From Squalus acanthias (lineage: Eukaryota), in NCBI GenBank assembly GCA_030390025.1, contig CM059427.1:71052001-71116000 (forward strand): a stretch of DNA of 64,000 nt. Direction: 5' to 3'. The position numbers and the translations under genes are program-made. Shown one piece after another: positions 60,499 to 64,000 of this stretch (position 1 is its first letter; each line of letters begins with the position of its first letter). Below the pieces are notes generated by a model. The model saw only the letters and a list, made by a program, of their open reading frames with translations. It made no database searches and was not told the origin of the DNA.

Positions 60499-61369
60499 TT
60501 TACTACAAGTGCAAGTTGCTGTTGTTGTACTGGACGGAGTATTGCAAGCAGAGGCGTCTCCTTGCAAAAGAGAGAAGGAAAATCAGAAAGGATATTACCA
60601 GGACACTGCTCTGGACCAGCTGACAACTGGCCAGAGTTGCGTTGGCAGTGCTCGAAGAACAGACCAGCTAAGTAACCACTCACTTGGCCGCAGAGACACC
60701 TGACCTCCCAAGGGCAATATGAGCAGCAAGGTCTAAGCGGGGCAGACCTTTTGTTGGAGGGTAAATACCTTCAGACTGAACAAAAAATGTAACGTGCCCT
60801 ATATCTGACTTAGGGATTGCGAGTTAATTAAATTTCAAGCCATCTCTCTCTGCCTACTATTCCCGTGTAACTCCTTCTGGATTATTAATTATTACTTTAA
60901 TGGGACAAGTATAAACTCTATACATTATTTAATAGACACAAACTGCCTTTGCATTTAGATGATCTCAGACAGGGATTTAGGCAGAACATGTAAAACTGTA
61001 CACACATTTCCCAAATAAACTCCTCACCTACTGTCCCCACACCCACTGGTGTATACTATTGGGGAGGGAAGTCAGGAGAATGATCCCCCAAAAATGTAAC
61101 ATTTTTACAATGAAAGTGGTGGGTTCTAGTATCATTATAACCAGTTTTCTATTTCTTAATTATTGGATTTTTAATCTGAGATAAAAAAAGGAAAGGTAAG
61201 TTCCATTTAGATTTATCCATTTTCATCAGATCCACCTGACTATTACTTCCCCAAAGGTTACCTCAACAGCTGCTCTTCCCGCCCCCACTCCCCGCCTTCC
61301 TGCACGGAGGCATGCCCCACCCCCCAGACTACATACCTGGGATTAAGCGACTGAGCTATGAGGTAATGG

Positions 61370-63380
61370 ATGAACTATGTCCTCTGGAGAGCAGAGGGCT
61401 AAGGGGTGATCTCAGTTGTTTAAAATAATGAAAGGAGTTCGTAGGGGAGATAGAGAATGACATTTCCAGCTACTAATTGAATCCAGAAGAAAGGGGCATA
61501 ATCTTACAAATTCAAGCTAAGCCTATTAAAAGTGAATCTAGGAAAAGGCTCCACACACAATGTGAGAATGTGGTATGCACTGTCCCAGAGGCTATAAAGG
61601 TCAATTGACCTGTTTAAAGGTGGATAGGTACTCACTTTGGAAGTAAGGGTATAGAGATATGGAGAAAAGGCAGGGTATTGGGATTAAAGATGTATAGGCA
61701 ACATTGCTAATAAAATGGACTGTAGCTTACTTATATTCCTAAAGCCAGAATGAAGCCACAGGTCAATTAGGCCACAGCTGGAATACTGTGTGCAGTTCTG
61801 GTCGCCACACTATAGGAAGGATGTGATTGCATTAGAGAGGGTGCAGAGGAGATTCACCAGGATGTTACCTGGGCTGCAGCGCTTCAGCTATGAAGAGAGA
61901 CTGGACAGGCTGGGTTGTTTTACTTAGAGCAGAGAAGGCTGAGGGGGAACCTGATAGAGGTGTACAAAATTATGAGGGGCATAGATAGGGTAGATAGAAA
62001 GGTACTTTTCCCCTTAGTAGAGGGGTCAATAACCAGGGGGTATAGTTTCAAGGTAAGGGGCAGGAGGTTTAGAGGGGATTTGAGGAAAACTTTTTCACCC
62101 AGAGGGTGGTTGGAATCTGGAACTCACTGCCTGAAAGGCTGGTAGAGGCAGGAACCCTCACAACATTCAAGAAGCATTTAGATGAGCACTTGAAACGCCA
62201 TAGCATACAAGGCTACGGACCAAGTGCTGGAAAATGGGATTAGAATAGACAGGGCTTGATGGCCGGCGCAGACACGATGAGCCGAAGGACCTCTTTCTGT
62301 GCTGTATAACTCTATGACTATGACTCTATAAGGTGCAAAGAAGATTTACAAGGACAGTGCCAGAACTGAGAGGTAATATCTATCGGGAAAGATTGAACAG
62401 GCTGGGACTCTATTCTCTAGAATAGAGAAGGTTGTGAGGTGTCCTAATTGAGGTCTTTAAAATTATGAAGGGGTTTGATAGGGTAGACTTGTGGGGGAGT
62501 CCGAAACTAGGGGCCATAAATATAAGATAGTCACTAATAAATCCAATAAAGAATTCAGGAGAAACTTCTTTACCCAACGAGTAGTGAGAATGTGGAACTT
62601 GCTGCCACATGGAGCGGTCGAGGTGAATAGCACAGATGCCTTTAAGGGAAAGCTCGATAAGTACATGAGGGAGAAAGGAAAAGAAGGAGATGCAGATAGG
62701 GTGAGATGAAGTAAGGTGGGAGGAGGCTCGTGTGGAGCATAAACACTGGCACAGACCAGTTGGGCCAAATGGCCAGTTTCTGTGCTGTACATTCTATGAT
62801 ATCTATGTGAAGGATCACTATGTTGAGGACAGAGATGGTGGCAATTTTTTTTCTTTGTTTCTATGTGTGTGATGCAATCACATAAATTATGAGGAGCATT
62901 GTCACTTCGCTTGAGCATGTCACCATTGTAACAAAAATGATGCCGAGCTCTTCTGCAGTTTCCTCATCCACTTCCTTCCTCCAAAAAATATTGTGTAGCA
63001 CTTTTTCTCCCTCCCACGTTGGCACTGACTGGTGAGATCATTCTAACAAATTTCTGCATTTTCCGTGAAAAAAAAAGTGAAAATTCTGGTGTCTGAGTCA
63101 TTTGAGACAACAAATCATTTACCTCAATTATTGCCCATGAAGAGGTACAGAGAGAAGTAAAAATAAAATAAAGTGGTTCCCAGGACAATAATTTAAGCTG
63201 TGAGGTAAAGTTAAGGAAATTATTTGTATTTCCTTTGGGAAAGAGACTTTTGATGTTTTCAAAATTATGATGGGATTTGACTGAATTGATCCAGACAAGT
63301 TGTTTGTTCCTCCAAATGGCAGGGAACACAAGTTTAAAATTAGACAGGTGGGAGGAAATAGGGAAATCAAGCAGGGTAGT
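61370..63380 (+). mobile_element. Stack of four same-orientation CR1 fragments (about 61370-61700, 61760-62330, 62331-62805, 63190-63380)
   Basis: Repeated LEQRRLRGxLIEVxKI / RGHxxK / FFxQRVV motifs with different tails and divergence. Confidence 0.88.
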
Positions 63381-63397
63381 GGAAGATATTACTAGGT

Positions 63398-63618
63398 AGT
63401 GTCAGCTGTGGCACCCTCGCCTCTGCGTCAGAAAGTTGTGCTTTCAAATCCCACTCTAAAGACTTAAACACAAAAATCTAGGCTGACGCGCCAGTGCAGT
63501 GCAGAGGGAGTGCTGCACTGTTGGAGGTGCCGTCTTTTGGATGAGACGTTAAACCGAGGCCCCGTCTGCTCTCTCAGGTGGACGTAAAAGATCCCACGGC
63601 ACTATTTCGAAGAAGAGC
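63398..63618 (+). mobile_element. Deu-SINE 5' half
   Basis: gtgtcagctgtggc...aaaagatcccacggcactatttcgaagaagagc. Confidence 0.9.
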
Positions 63619-63672
63619 AGAGTCCCAGAGAGAGTCAGAGTCCCAGAGAGAGTCAGAGTCCCAGAGAGAGTC
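63619..63672. repeat. 18-bp minisatellite x3
   Basis: agagtcccagagagagtc, three exact copies. Confidence 0.95.
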
Positions 63673-63673
63673 T

Positions 63674-64000
63674 GGGCTGGATTTTCAATGACCCGTGGAG
63701 TCGGGTTTGGAGGCGTGTGGGGGGTTAAAGTTGCAGATTCGGGGGTCCCGACCCCATCCCGACTCCATTCCGCCTCCACGCAATCTTGACAAAATCGGTC
63801 GCGGGGTTCCCGACTCCGTCCCGCCTGCAAGAGGCGGGAGAGGCCATTAAAGCCCTTAACAAGCCCTAAATTAGCTCTGTAATGCCATTTTGAAACGTTT
63901 TAGCTAGTTTAACCCTTTTCCGACGTGAAGTACGCCTGATGTGAAACACACCAGTGAAACCTGGCGGGAGCACAAGTGGATAGCTGACTATCAGCTGCAG
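63674..64000. mobile_element. Left end of a Harbinger-type MITE running off the window
   Basis: gggctggatttt TIR identical to the right TIR of 51873-52697; tttggaggcg subterminal motif. Confidence 0.65.

Noticed and set aside
63619-63672. CRISPR-like direct repeats
   Set aside because: No spacers, eukaryotic context; simple tandem repeat

Overview
Eukaryotic DNA, almost certainly from a cartilaginous fish (shark), judged by HE1/V-SINE, SacSINE1-type Deu-SINE and HER1/CR1 LINE repeats. No host protein-coding gene is recognisable; nearly all long ORFs in the track are transposon fragments. The window looks like a large intron or gene desert made of nested retroelements (CR1, L2, a second CR1-group LINE, RTE, four SINE families), Harbinger-type and hAT-type non-autonomous DNA transposons, and one clear plus one probable solo LTR. 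Highlights: (1) two young Penelope-like insertions with 12-13 bp target-site duplications carrying three intact minimal type-I hammerhead ribozyme motifs, two of them in a long near-perfect palindrome; (2) a 1485-bp TG...CA solo LTR with a GGAG TSD and splice donors on both strands; (3) a set of GC-rich MITEs with 3-bp TSDs and a possible decayed Myb/SANT ORF; (4) short local duplications and homeodomain-motif-dense unique stretches that may be conserved enhancers. Repeat family names come from recalled consensus sequences, not a database search. Boundaries without a TSD are approximate (about 10-30 bp).
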